Virus record (IMG/VR): IMGVR_UViG_3300010362_000005
Span: 1 to 45,883 of that record
Origin: a virus
Taxonomy: Duplodnaviria > Caudoviricetes
Strand: one strand, 5' to 3'
DNA: 45,883 bases
Part shown: in pieces, positions 1 to 9,210 of the stretch
Layout of the letters: every line of letters begins with the position of its first letter
Numbering within the stretch: position 1 is the stretch's first letter
Notes under the pieces: model-generated
Database searches by the model: none
The model's input: the letters and a program-made list of their open reading frames with translations, nothing else
Told to the model about the DNA's origin: nothing
Translations under genes and position numbers: made by a program

Positions 1-121
1 CGGCGCGGCACCAGCCACACAGACATACGCACAAGGGTCAGCCCAACCGGCTGGCCCTTCGTCGTTCTCGGCACAGCCGTCGCTCTCGCCCACGCTCTCG
101 TCGATGCAGGCCGCGCCCACC
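1..121. repeat. Terminal direct repeat (assembly circularisation overlap), left copy
   Basis: 1-121 is identical to 45763-45883 (cggcgcggcacc...ccgcgcccacc); the join falls inside an in-frame ORF. Confidence 0.97.
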
Positions 122-1234
122 GCCGCGCCGACGGCCGCGCCGCGCATGAGTCTCATGAGCGCGCCGACGAGCGCGCCCGACGTTGGCGCGCAGTACCAGC
201 AGGCGGTCTCGAATGCGTTGGCCGCGCCGTCGCGCTACGACTTGCCGCAGGTGCAGCAGGTGCGCGACGCGCTCACCGCGCAGCTCCAGCAGCAATTCGC
301 TGGCGACTCGCGGCGGCTCGACGAGCAGATGGCGCAGCGTGGCCTCTCGGCGTCGTCGATCGGCGGCGGCTACCAAGGCGATCTGCGCGCGGCACAAGCG
401 ACCGCGCTCGCCAACCTCAACGCGCAGCTCATTCAGGGGCAGGCGGCGACATCGGCCGGCGACCTGGCCGCCTCGCTCGGCGCCGGCGCCCAGCAGCAAG
501 CGCTCGCCCAACAGGCCTTACAGAATCAGCAACAGTTCGGGCTCGCCCAAGGCGCGCTCACGGGCAACTACGGCGGCCAGCAAACGCTCAGCGCGCAACA
601 GCTCGCGCAGCAGGGGTCGCAATTCGGCCAGTCGCTGGCGCAGCAACAATTAGAGAATCAGCAACAGTACGGCCTCGCCCAAGCGCAACAGGCGTTGGCG
701 CAACAGCTCGGCCTCGGGAACCTCGCGAACGCGCAGGCGCAGACCGCGAACCAGGCCGCGCAATTCGGGCAGTCGTTCGGCCAGCAGCAATTAGAGAACA
801 CGCAGCAGTATGGGCTCGCCCAGGCCCAGCAGGCGCTCGCGCAGCAGCTCGGCCTCGGGAACATGAACCTCGACCAGCAGCGCATCGCCAACCAGGCGAA
901 CCAATTCGCGCAGTCCCAGGCGCAGCAGGCCAGCCAGTTCGGGCAGACGTTCCAACGGGAAGGGGCGCAAATGACGTTTGAGCAGAACCGCGCGAACTAC
1001 CAGGACGCGATGAACGCGGCCCTCCAAGCGGGCCAACTGACGGGTATCTACAACGGCCAGGCGACACTGCCCTATCTGCAATGGCAGACGCAGCAAGGGC
1101 AGTTCAATGAAGATCAGATGAACCAAATGCGCATCGCCACCATGCAGAACCAGGCGAACATCCAGATCGCGAACAGCCAGATGAACCAATTCCTCGCGCA
1201 GTGGCTCGCGTCGCAGGGCTACCCAAAGTCGTGA
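104..1234 (+). CDS. 3' part of a Gln/Ala/Gly-rich internal virion (ejection/pilot) protein; true start at ATG 45548 across the join (~482 aa)
   Basis: ATG 45548 has an AGGA RBS and is in frame with position 104 after removing the overlap. Two 47-aa repeats (QFGQS..QQQLEN.QQYGLAQAQQALAQQLGLGN). Position after tail genes is typical of podovirus ejection genes. Confidence 0.7.
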   Translation: MQAAPTAAPTAAPRMSLMSAPTSAPDVGAQYQQAVSNALAAPSRYDLPQVQQVRDALTAQLQQQFAGDSRRLDEQMAQRGLSASSIGGGYQGDLRAAQATALANLNAQLIQGQAATSAGDLAASLGAGAQQQALAQQALQNQQQFGLAQGALTGNYGGQQTLSAQQLAQQGSQFGQSLAQQQLENQQQYGLAQAQQALAQQLGLGNLANAQAQTANQAAQFGQSFGQQQLENTQQYGLAQAQQALAQQLGLGNMNLDQQRIANQANQFAQSQAQQASQFGQTFQREGAQMTFEQNRANYQDAMNAALQAGQLTGIYNGQATLPYLQWQTQQGQFNEDQMNQMRIATMQNQANIQIANSQMNQFLAQWLASQGYPKS

Positions 1235-1248
1235 GTTAGGAGACGCTC

Positions 1249-2613
1249 ATGCCACTGCCACGATTGGGCGGGCTGGGGGCGGGCCTCGGTGGGCTCGCCA
1301 CCGTCTTGGGGCTCGGCTTCGAGGGCTACGCGAAGGACCAAGCGCGGCGCGTCGAGGAGGAGCGCAATCGGAAGAAGGACCTCGCCGATGCGCAAATGCT
1401 CAAGATCCAAATGGCCGAGCACGAGGCCAACACCGAGTCGCGCAAGGCCGCCACGAAGCTCGCGCAGAACAAAGCCCTCATCGAACAAAACGCTTACGCG
1501 CAACTCGCGCAGGACTTCCCCGACCATCCCGACGTCAAGGGCGGCTACATCGAGGGCGGCACGTACAGCGATTCGCTCAAGGCGGCGAAGGCTGAACGCG
1601 CGGCTGGGAAGTCGGTGGCCGTCGCGCTCGCCGCGCTCGGCAACACCTTCCCCAAGGATGCACAGGTGCAGGCCCTCGTCAAAGCCGGCTACCAGCCGGG
1701 AATGACGATGGACTCGCTGAAAGAGGTCTGGGACTCGGCCAACGAGCGCTACAAGCTGGCGAATGCCTATCATCCACCGCCGGCGCAATCCGTCGTGTGG
1801 GTGCACGACGCGACGACGAACACCGATGTGCCGATGTCGAAGGATGCGGTCTTGTCGGCGCCGCCGGGACGCTTCACCAAACCGGGCGGCGCGGGCGCCG
1901 GCGCCTTGAGCAAGCTCCCGGCGCCGCTCGCGTTGCGCGTGGGGCAGTTCGGCGAGATGCTCAAAAAAAGCGACGACCTACGCAAGATCACCGAAGGCCT
2001 CTCGGTCAACGTCGGGCAGTCGGCGGCGCAGGACGTCGCCGAGCATGGGTTCAAGATCGGGGGCCTCGCCGTGCCGGGCTCGCGCGCCGTTGGTTCGTGG
2101 CTGGCGAATCGGTCGAATGATTACGCGACCTATCAAGCGGTCCTGACGCCGTTCGTCACGGCTGCCGCGCATGCGATTGGCGGGGCGCGCGTCAACCAGA
2201 CGCAAATCGACCAAATCCGAAACAGCATCGAAATCAAGCCGGGCGACTCGCCGGAACTGAAGGCGACGAAAGCCAAGAACATGTTCGACCTCATCAACTC
2301 GACCGGCGGCGCGTTGCCGGCCGAGGCGATTGCTGTGCAGGAAGCGCAGATGGACCCCGCGGCGCTGGCCGCGCTGCGCGAGCACGGGTACCGCGGGGGC
2401 GGGCTCGGGGGACAGCAAGAACCGCTGACCGTCGCGCCGCCACCACCGCCGAAGGTGACGGCTGAGTCGACCGCGGCGAAACCGCCGCCGGCGCCCGGCG
2501 CGACGGACGTCACCAAGATGACCGATCGCCAGTTGTGGGACATGAAGGCGCGCACGCCGCAGGGGTTGAAGTGGTTGACCGATCACCACATTCCGCGGCC
2601 GCCGGGTCCATGA
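1249..2613 (+). CDS. Putative ejection/internal virion protein
   Basis: 454 aa; AGGAG RBS; Gly-rich hydrophobic N-terminus followed by coiled coil; synteny with ejection module. Confidence 0.6.
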   Translation: MPLPRLGGLGAGLGGLATVLGLGFEGYAKDQARRVEEERNRKKDLADAQMLKIQMAEHEANTESRKAATKLAQNKALIEQNAYAQLAQDFPDHPDVKGGYIEGGTYSDSLKAAKAERAAGKSVAVALAALGNTFPKDAQVQALVKAGYQPGMTMDSLKEVWDSANERYKLANAYHPPPAQSVVWVHDATTNTDVPMSKDAVLSAPPGRFTKPGGAGAGALSKLPAPLALRVGQFGEMLKKSDDLRKITEGLSVNVGQSAAQDVAEHGFKIGGLAVPGSRAVGSWLANRSNDYATYQAVLTPFVTAAAHAIGGARVNQTQIDQIRNSIEIKPGDSPELKATKAKNMFDLINSTGGALPAEAIAVQEAQMDPAALAALREHGYRGGGLGGQQEPLTVAPPPPPKVTAESTAAKPPPAPGATDVTKMTDRQLWDMKARTPQGLKWLTDHHIPRPPGP

Positions 2614-2620
2614 GGAAAGT

Positions 2621-5600
2621 ATGAAGCGCCTGCCCACGCTCGCGCCGCAGGACCCCGGCCAAGACCCGGGCGAGGAGCTGCTGCGCCGTCGGCGCGCCCA
2701 GCCGGCGCCGAGCGAGGACCCGAACGACCCGGGTGCCGAGCTGCTGCGCCGTCGCGGCGCGGGGACGACGGCACCAGCCCCCGCCGAGGGATTCGGGGGC
2801 AGTGGCACCTCGGGCGCGTGGGGTGACGAGCCGCCGACGTACGACTACGGCGCGACCGATCAGTTCTTGCGCGGCGCGATGCTGCATTGGGACGTCAAGA
2901 CGCGGGCGGCGGTCGACGCGGCATTAGCAAAAATGAAACGGCTCGGCAGCGGCGCCTCGATCGGGACCGAGTACGAGCAACGGAAAGCGGCGATCAACCA
3001 GGCGCGCGCGCAGTGGGAGAGCGCACATCCCGTCGGCAAATACGGTTGGGAAATCGCCGGCGGCCTGGCGCCGATCGTGGCGACGATGGGCGCCGCAGCG
3101 CCAGAGGTGGCCGCGGCCGAGGCAGCACCGGAAACCGCGGTCGCCTTGACGAAGGGCGCGAAGCTCGCGAAGGCTGGGGCGAAGGTTGGCAAAGCGATGT
3201 GGCAGGCGGCCAAGACCGGCGCGAAGTTCGGCGCGGTCCAAGGCGCCGGTGATGCCGAGGGCGGTCCCTTAGACTACGCCCTGAGCACTGGCGGCGGCGC
3301 GTTGCTCGGCGCCGGCACCGGAGCGGCCCTTGTCCCCTTGATCGGCGGCGGCGCGGTATTCGGACGAGCGATCGGCGTCCCCAAGGTGGCGAGCTACGTC
3401 GCGTCGAAGGCGGCCGAAGCGCTGCCCGAGAGTCGCGTCGGAAAGGCGCTCGCCACGTACGCCGCATCGGTTGGCCCCAAGGGCGCCGCGGCGAAGCAGC
3501 TCGCGCCATTCATCGAGACGGACATTGCCACGGGACACGTCGCGCCCGAGGCGCCGAGTGATTTCCCGACGTTGCCGATCGACGTGCAAGGGCCGGCGGT
3601 GCGCAGCGTCGCGCGCGACATCGCGTCCAAGCCAACCGTCGCCGGCGCGCGCATCACGAAAGCGCTCACCGAGCGCGGGCAACGCATGCGCGATGTGGTG
3701 ACGTCGCGACTGGAGCGCGGCACCGGAATGACGCGCGGCGCCGGCGAGTCACTGACGCGCGGGCTCGGCGAGGACGAAGCAGCGCGCGTCGCGGCGAACG
3801 CCGCGGCACAAGGCGACTACGAGACCGCTGTGGCGGCGCGCAAGCTGGAGCTGGCGCGTCGTGCAGCCGAGCCGGAGCCGCCAGCGCCCGACGCCATCGC
3901 GGCGTGGGAAGGCATCACCGGCGGGCCGACGCAACGCAACATTCCGACGTTGCTCGCGCAGCGCCTTGCGCGCTCGCAGACCGCTGCCGAGAACTTCGGC
4001 GCGGCGCGTGCGTCGAGTGTGCCGGTCGAGTCGCCGGCGCTCGATGCGTTGGCTGAGACGGACTTGGGCAAGCTCGCGTTCCGGTTCGGCGAAGAGCAGA
4101 CCGCGCAGCGACGCGCTGCCGGCGAAGCGCTCGGCCAACCGCGTCCAACTCCCACGCCGATCGCGCCCGCAGCACCTGTTGCAGCTCCAGTGTCAGTCCC
4201 CCCTACTACTGTGGCGCCGCCGGCACCGGCGCTCATGACGTCAAACGTCGGCGGCATTCCCGGCGCCTCGGGGCGTGCCGGCCGAGCAATCATGCGCGAC
4301 GGCCAAGCGCTTCCCGTCGAGTATCGCATCGTATCGCGCGCCGACGTGCAGCCGTCCCACGATCCATTCAGCTTCGCGCCCAACCCGGCCTATCCCGAGG
4401 GCGTACAGGGTCGCGACTACTTGCGCAACAAAGGCATTCAGGCGGCCGTGCAGCGGCGCACGCATGAATTCTCGCCGGACATCGCGCTCAACCCGTCCGA
4501 GATGTTGAGCGAAGGTGTGCCGACGATCTTGCCGAACGGCACCGTCGTCGCCGGCAACGAGCGCGCGATGCTCCTCTCACGCGCCGCCGAGCACGCGCCC
4601 GAGCGACACAGCGCCTACGTGGCGCAGCTCAAGGCGCGCGCCGCCGACTATGGCATCGACCCCGCGGCGGTCGATCGTGTGCCGAACCCGATGCTCGTGC
4701 GCGTCCTCGCCGATCCCGCTGAGACCGCGGCGGGTCCCGCGCGCTGGGCAGAGCTGAATCGCTTATCCGATGAAGTCGCGACGAAAGGCAAGAGCACCGC
4801 GGAGGAAGGCGCCGCGCGCGCGGCGTCGCTCATGCAAAAGCCCGAGGCGCTCGCGCGGCTCGCCGACACGCTCGATCCCAACACGACGGTCAACGACTTT
4901 CTCGGCACCGCTGACGGCCGCAAGTTCGTGCAGCAGCTCGTGCACGATGGCGTCATTCGCGCCGACGAGCTGTCACGCCACATCGACGCCGGCGGCGCGC
5001 TCACGCAAGAAGGACGAAACGCCGTGCGGCACATGTTGCTGTCGACGGCCGTCACGCGCCCCGCGGTGTTGCTCGATGCACCGCCGGCGGTGCTCCAGAA
5101 GTTGGAGCACGCGATTCCGTCGATCGTCTCGACGCGCGGCACCAAGTTCGACATCACGTCGCTCACGACCGAAGCGCTCCAGATGCTCGGCGAGGCTCGC
5201 GACCTCGGCATGACGGTGGGCGACCTCGCGTCGCAGCACGGCCTCTTTGGCGACGTCGCGCCACGGTCGCCGATGGCGACGCAGCTCGCACAGTTCCTCG
5301 AAACGAACAAGGCGGGCACGGTCAAGGCGGCGTTTCGGAAGTTTGGCAACGTGGCAAAGGAGACGATCGCGGACGAAGGCAACATGTTCGGGCCGTCCGA
5401 GTTCCAGACGATCCCTGACATTTTCCATGCGTCATTCGGAGGCACGCCAGTCGCTGAGGCACCGCCGGCGATCGGGCTCGCGCCGCACATACCCGTCGCT
5501 CCGCCCGCGCCGGCACCGCCGCCACTCGCGCCAGCAGCCCCGCCAGCGCCCGCGGCGCCGGTAGCGCAACTCCCAACCGCGCCGGCGCCCGTTCGTGCTC

Positions 5601-7045
5601 CAGCGCGCCCGCCAGGCGCCACAGCGGGCGAGCTGCCCGCGCTCGTCGTGCCCACGGGGAAGGTGCCGCCGGCGCCGCCGATGGAAGGCATAAGCCCCGA
5701 GGCGTGGGACCGCGCGCTGCGCACCATGCAGGCGGCCGGCAAGGAAATTCCGTGGAGCGACGCACCCGTCGCCACCGAGGCCGTGCCGCCGGCGGTGCCC
5801 GAACCGCGCGAGTACGATCCCGAGACCATCCACTACGCGAAGCAGTATTTCGCGAAGGTCGCCAAGCTCGGCGTGAACGACGGCCAGGGCGGGAAGCTCG
5901 CGACGCAAGCGCACGGCGCGCTCCGACTCTGGGAAGCGGCGCGCCAAGACCTGCGTGCGAATCCGTTGTGGGCGAAAGCCGACGACGTGTTCGCGAACCA
6001 GTCGCGGCACATCGACATGACAGAGCTGGGCCGGAACCTCACGCACGCGACGCTCGATCCCACGAGCCGGCGCGGCGCGCTCAACACGTCACTCGATGCC
6101 ATCGAGGCGCGCGTCGCCAAGGCGTCGCCGAGTGAGCGCGAAGCATTCCAGTCTGCCGGGCAAGCGTCGATCGCTGACTATTTCCGAAAAGGCGGGTCGC
6201 GCGTGGGGCTCCTCAAGCAGCTCGGCGACCCGACGTCACAGTGGAGCCGGCGCGTGGCGCTCGCGACAGGCGACCCGGAATCGCCGGCGGCGTTCCGTGC
6301 CGCGCTCCTCACACCGTCGCGCCCGATGCCGCCGGAGCTGGCGCCGCTCATCGCACCGCCGGAGGTGGCACTCGCACCAGACGCCGCGGCGCGTCAGCTC
6401 GGGTACGGGGCACTGACGGCGAAGCTCGCGCCGACGGCGAAGCAAGCGGCTGCCGGCCGTTCGCTCCCGAGCATCGAGGCGGCGCGTGCCGCGCTCCCGG
6501 CCGCCGAGGCCCGCGCCGCTCAGCAAGGCCACGCGGCGCGACTGCTCGGCGAATGGGAAGCGGCGAGCCAACGCATCAAATCGCCCGGCCGGTTCTTCGC
6601 GAAGTCGCCCGAGCGATTGCGACAGATCGCGGGCGCGTTCCCCGAGGCCGAGGACGCGACGGCATTCCAAGGGTTCGTCAGCGCCGCCGACGCCGCGCAA
6701 GCACTCAACAACTTTGTCCTCCCCACCAGCGGCTCGGCGACGCAGCCGCGGCAGGCCGTTGCATCCCTGCGCGAGGCGCTCGCGAGTGAGCATCCCATCG
6801 TTGATGAAATGCTCAAGGCGCACACCCTCACGGGCCTGCCGATCCGACTTGTGCGCGGCATCATGCAGGGGAACCGCGACGCGCGCCAACAGGTCATCGA
6901 CGATCTGATTTCGCAGTGGCTCGTCGCACCGGGTGGCGAGCAAGGACTGGAGCAGGCCGCGCGCGCACTCCAAGTGCAGCAGCGGGCGAAGTATCTCCTG
7001 CCGAACGTCACGGGCCGCGTCGGCGCCGTGCTCTCCAATCCCTAG
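2621..7045 (+). CDS. Large ejection/polyvalent protein with internal ddrB-like ParB domain
   Basis: 1474 aa, Ala/Gly-rich. The segment VEYRIVSRADVQPSHD..NPAYPEGVQGRDY..GVPTILPNGTVVAGNERAM..YVAQLKARAADYGI..PMLVRV resembles the ddrB-like ParB domain of polyvalent proteins. Confidence 0.7.
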   Translation: MKRLPTLAPQDPGQDPGEELLRRRRAQPAPSEDPNDPGAELLRRRGAGTTAPAPAEGFGGSGTSGAWGDEPPTYDYGATDQFLRGAMLHWDVKTRAAVDAALAKMKRLGSGASIGTEYEQRKAAINQARAQWESAHPVGKYGWEIAGGLAPIVATMGAAAPEVAAAEAAPETAVALTKGAKLAKAGAKVGKAMWQAAKTGAKFGAVQGAGDAEGGPLDYALSTGGGALLGAGTGAALVPLIGGGAVFGRAIGVPKVASYVASKAAEALPESRVGKALATYAASVGPKGAAAKQLAPFIETDIATGHVAPEAPSDFPTLPIDVQGPAVRSVARDIASKPTVAGARITKALTERGQRMRDVVTSRLERGTGMTRGAGESLTRGLGEDEAARVAANAAAQGDYETAVAARKLELARRAAEPEPPAPDAIAAWEGITGGPTQRNIPTLLAQRLARSQTAAENFGAARASSVPVESPALDALAETDLGKLAFRFGEEQTAQRRAAGEALGQPRPTPTPIAPAAPVAAPVSVPPTTVAPPAPALMTSNVGGIPGASGRAGRAIMRDGQALPVEYRIVSRADVQPSHDPFSFAPNPAYPEGVQGRDYLRNKGIQAAVQRRTHEFSPDIALNPSEMLSEGVPTILPNGTVVAGNERAMLLSRAAEHAPERHSAYVAQLKARAADYGIDPAAVDRVPNPMLVRVLADPAETAAGPARWAELNRLSDEVATKGKSTAEEGAARAASLMQKPEALARLADTLDPNTTVNDFLGTADGRKFVQQLVHDGVIRADELSRHIDAGGALTQEGRNAVRHMLLSTAVTRPAVLLDAPPAVLQKLEHAIPSIVSTRGTKFDITSLTTEALQMLGEARDLGMTVGDLASQHGLFGDVAPRSPMATQLAQFLETNKAGTVKAAFRKFGNVAKETIADEGNMFGPSEFQTIPDIFHASFGGTPVAEAPPAIGLAPHIPVAPPAPAPPPLAPAAPPAPAAPVAQLPTAPAPVRAPARPPGATAGELPALVVPTGKVPPAPPMEGISPEAWDRALRTMQAAGKEIPWSDAPVATEAVPPAVPEPREYDPETIHYAKQYFAKVAKLGVNDGQGGKLATQAHGALRLWEAARQDLRANPLWAKADDVFANQSRHIDMTELGRNLTHATLDPTSRRGALNTSLDAIEARVAKASPSEREAFQSAGQASIADYFRKGGSRVGLLKQLGDPTSQWSRRVALATGDPESPAAFRAALLTPSRPMPPELAPLIAPPEVALAPDAAARQLGYGALTAKLAPTAKQAAAGRSLPSIEAARAALPAAEARAAQQGHAARLLGEWEAASQRIKSPGRFFAKSPERLRQIAGAFPEAEDATAFQGFVSAADAAQALNNFVLPTSGSATQPRQAVASLREALASEHPIVDEMLKAHTLTGLPIRLVRGIMQGNRDARQQVIDDLISQWLVAPGGEQGLEQAARALQVQQRAKYLLPNVTGRVGAVLSNP

Positions 7046-7233
7046 GCCGACGTGTCGAACATGCTCACGAGCAAGAGCAGCAGCGTCGCGGTGAGCAGGT
7101 AGCGCTGCACCGGCGAGCGCGACGTCCACGGCCGTTCGTCTTTCGTCAGCAACGCCCAGCCGCCCACGAGCAGGAAGCAGCCGGCGTAGACGACCATGCG
7201 CCCGCGGCGCATGAAAGGGTCAGGGGCGATCAT
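7042..7233 (-). CDS. Small 2-TM membrane protein
   Basis: 63 aa with two hydrophobic stretches; fills the gap after the large ORF. Confidence 0.35.
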   Translation of the reverse strand: MIAPDPFMRRGRMVVYAGCFLLVGGWALLTKDERPWTSRSPVQRYLLTATLLLLLVSMFDTSA

Positions 7234-7287
7234 GCCGGCAAGCTACGCTCGGGACCGAATGCCCGACACCACTCACCGGAGGACCCT

Positions 7288-7470
7288 ATGAACTTCGTAC
7301 CGCTCATCATCGCGCTCGTCGTGGTGCTCGTCTACATCGCCGCGCTCAAGCTCTTCGGCCCAGCGCCGTCGGCGCAGACGAGCACCATGCTCAACCTCGT
7401 GGTTGGGCTGATCTTGCTGGCGCTCATCATCGCCTCGTTCTGGCCCTTGGTGGCGCGTGTCGAGCACTAG
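7288..7470 (+). CDS. Small 2-TM membrane protein, holin candidate
   Basis: GGAGG RBS before ATG 7288; MNFVPLIIALVVVLVYIAALKLF...LNLVVGLILLALIIASFWPLV; located at end of late operon. Confidence 0.55.
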   Translation: MNFVPLIIALVVVLVYIAALKLFGPAPSAQTSTMLNLVVGLILLALIIASFWPLVARVEH

Positions 7471-7477
7471 CCTCGGG

Positions 7478-7687
7478 TCAGCGATCGTAGAACTCGGCGC
7501 CCCAGCGCTGGAGGAAGCCGCGCGTCGCCGTCATGGGTCGCCACTTCCCGTTGCCGTTCAAGATGCGCCGTATCTCGGCCTCGGTCGTTGGCCGTGGGTC
7601 TTGATTCACCCCGACCCATGACTCGCCGTCGAGCGACGCGAACCAAAAGACGTCGCCCCGGTCAGTGATGCGTGCCGCGTGAATCAT
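7478..7687 (-). CDS. Hypothetical protein
   Basis: 69 aa; start overlaps the stop of the upstream ORF (ATGA). Confidence 0.55.
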   Translation of the reverse strand: MIHAARITDRGDVFWFASLDGESWVGVNQDPRPTTEAEIRRILNGNGKWRPMTATRGFLQRWGAEFYDR

Positions 7688-8250
7688 GCGGCCACTTGCG
7701 CGGCCTGGCGTTCGTAAGCCCGCTGCCGCCGCCGCAGCTTCTTGAGCGCGTTCTCGGCGCGGCGCAGCTTCTTCTCCCAGCGCTCGATGGCCGCGGCAGT
7801 GCGCTCCATCTTGACCGCGCGCGCATCGACCGCCACCGGCGCCGGCTTCGGCGCGCTCTTGAGCTTTCCGTCCAACCAGCCACGCCGGACGACTTCTTTA
7901 ATCATGCGCATTTCGAGCCGCGCGTGCGCAGCGTTGTGGCCGTGCGTGCCGGCGTGCGACTCCCACGTGTGCGACAGTTCGTGCACGAGGTCACGCCAAC
8001 CGCGCCCCGGGTTGACGACGAGCGCGCGGCGCACGCCGTGCTCCTCGCTCTTCACCCACCGCCATCCACTGTAGCGGTTGCCGCTCGTGGCGATGACGGG
8101 ACCGCGCCACGTCGCGCCCGAGACGTAGCGATACAATCGCTTAGCGGCGCGCACCGCCTCCCCTGCCGTGAGCGCGGGGACCGTCTCGGGCCAGGTGGCG
8201 TTGACGCGGCGGTACCATTCCTTTCGTGTGACGCGAGCCATGTGTTGCAA
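7684..8250 (-). CDS. HExxH (zincin-like) domain protein with C-terminal coiled coil
   Basis: WRDLVHELSH...HGH motif; probable start ATG 8241; AT-rich upstream region. Confidence 0.6.
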   Translation of the reverse strand: MQHMARVTRKEWYRRVNATWPETVPALTAGEAVRAAKRLYRYVSGATWRGPVIATSGNRYSGWRWVKSEEHGVRRALVVNPGRGWRDLVHELSHTWESHAGTHGHNAAHARLEMRMIKEVVRRGWLDGKLKSAPKPAPVAVDARAVKMERTAAAIERWEKKLRRAENALKKLRRRQRAYERQAAQVAA

Positions 8251-8697
8251 CCCTCATGAGGAAAGATGAATGATTGATCTTACACCATAAATCTAGTCAT
8301 GAGGACTTTCTAAACTCTGCGAAATCGCATCGTTTGGGCCCGGGCGCCGCTCGATCGCGCCCCGCGGCCGAAAAATTTGGGGGGTTGTGGCGCTTTTGCG
8401 TGTGGTGGCGCGAGACTGTTGCGGGTCCGGCCACACACGAGCGTTTATATGGGAACGCTCATGACCTCAGACCAGGCAGTAACACGTGCGAAAGCGAACG
8501 GTGCACACTTGCTAAGCGGGGCGCCCATGCATACATATCCCAACTACATGGTTGCGCAATCGGCAACCTGCCCCTCCGGCGATGTAGCCGCTCCGTCTGA
8601 AGTGATCGGGAGTGCGCTGTCGCATCGCTGTCGAGCCTGCTGTTCCGAGCCTGCTGTTCCCCCTGGTTTCCCCCAACCCACTCAGAGAGTTCCCCCT

Positions 8698-9210
8698 ATG
8701 CCCTCGACGAAGTACGCCCTTCGGATGACCATGCACCGCGAGCTGGACGCGCAAGCTGTCGGCGAGTTTCTCGACGCGCTCATCGACGATCGCAAGGAAC
8801 ACGTCACGGCCGAAGAAATTGTCGCCGCGGCGCGCAAGCGCGATTGCCCGCTCCACGAGGGCTTCACGTGGAATGATCCCGAGGCCGCGGAGAAGTGGCG
8901 CCGGCACGAAGCGAAGTCGCTTGTGAAAAATCTCATGGTCCAGAAGAACGGAGAAGTGAGTCGCACGCGGGCCTTCGTCTACGTCGCGCACCCGGAGCAC
9001 GATGGCAAGCGCGTGCTTCTGAGCATGCAGTCGGCGCTGGCGCGGCCCGAGTTCCGTGACCAAGTCAAGGCGCAAGTCGTGCGCCGGCTCCAACGCTCGC
9101 TGACGTATTACAGCAACTTGTTCGGCGCCAACCGACAACTGCGCGCGCTCGCGAAGGACCTTGCGAGATTGCAAAAGAAGGCAGAGCGCGAGCTAGCGGA
9201 GGCGCTCTAA
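8698..9210 (+). CDS. Conserved phage hypothetical protein
   Basis: Motif IVAAAR..CPLHEGFTWNDPEAAEKWRRHEAKSLV recurs in phage proteins; start at ATG 8698. Confidence 0.65.
   Translation: MPSTKYALRMTMHRELDAQAVGEFLDALIDDRKEHVTAEEIVAAARKRDCPLHEGFTWNDPEAAEKWRRHEAKSLVKNLMVQKNGEVSRTRAFVYVAHPEHDGKRVLLSMQSALARPEFRDQVKAQVVRRLQRSLTYYSNLFGANRQLRALAKDLARLQKKAERELAEAL

Noticed and set aside
1-121. Biological direct terminal repeats
   Set aside because: The repeat lies mid-gene and is k-mer sized; assembly overlap of a circular contig explains it better.
4648-5829. Long antisense and alternate-frame ORFs (also 16006-17070, 37938-39143 and many others)
   Set aside because: Shadow ORFs expected in high-GC DNA opposite well-supported genes; Arg/Ala-rich with no motifs.
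8560-9210. RAMP/Cas7-like repeat-RNA system beside the LHxxFxW protein
   Set aside because: I recall, unverified, this family lying near such loci, but no Cas7-like ORF or short-period repeat tract is visible here.
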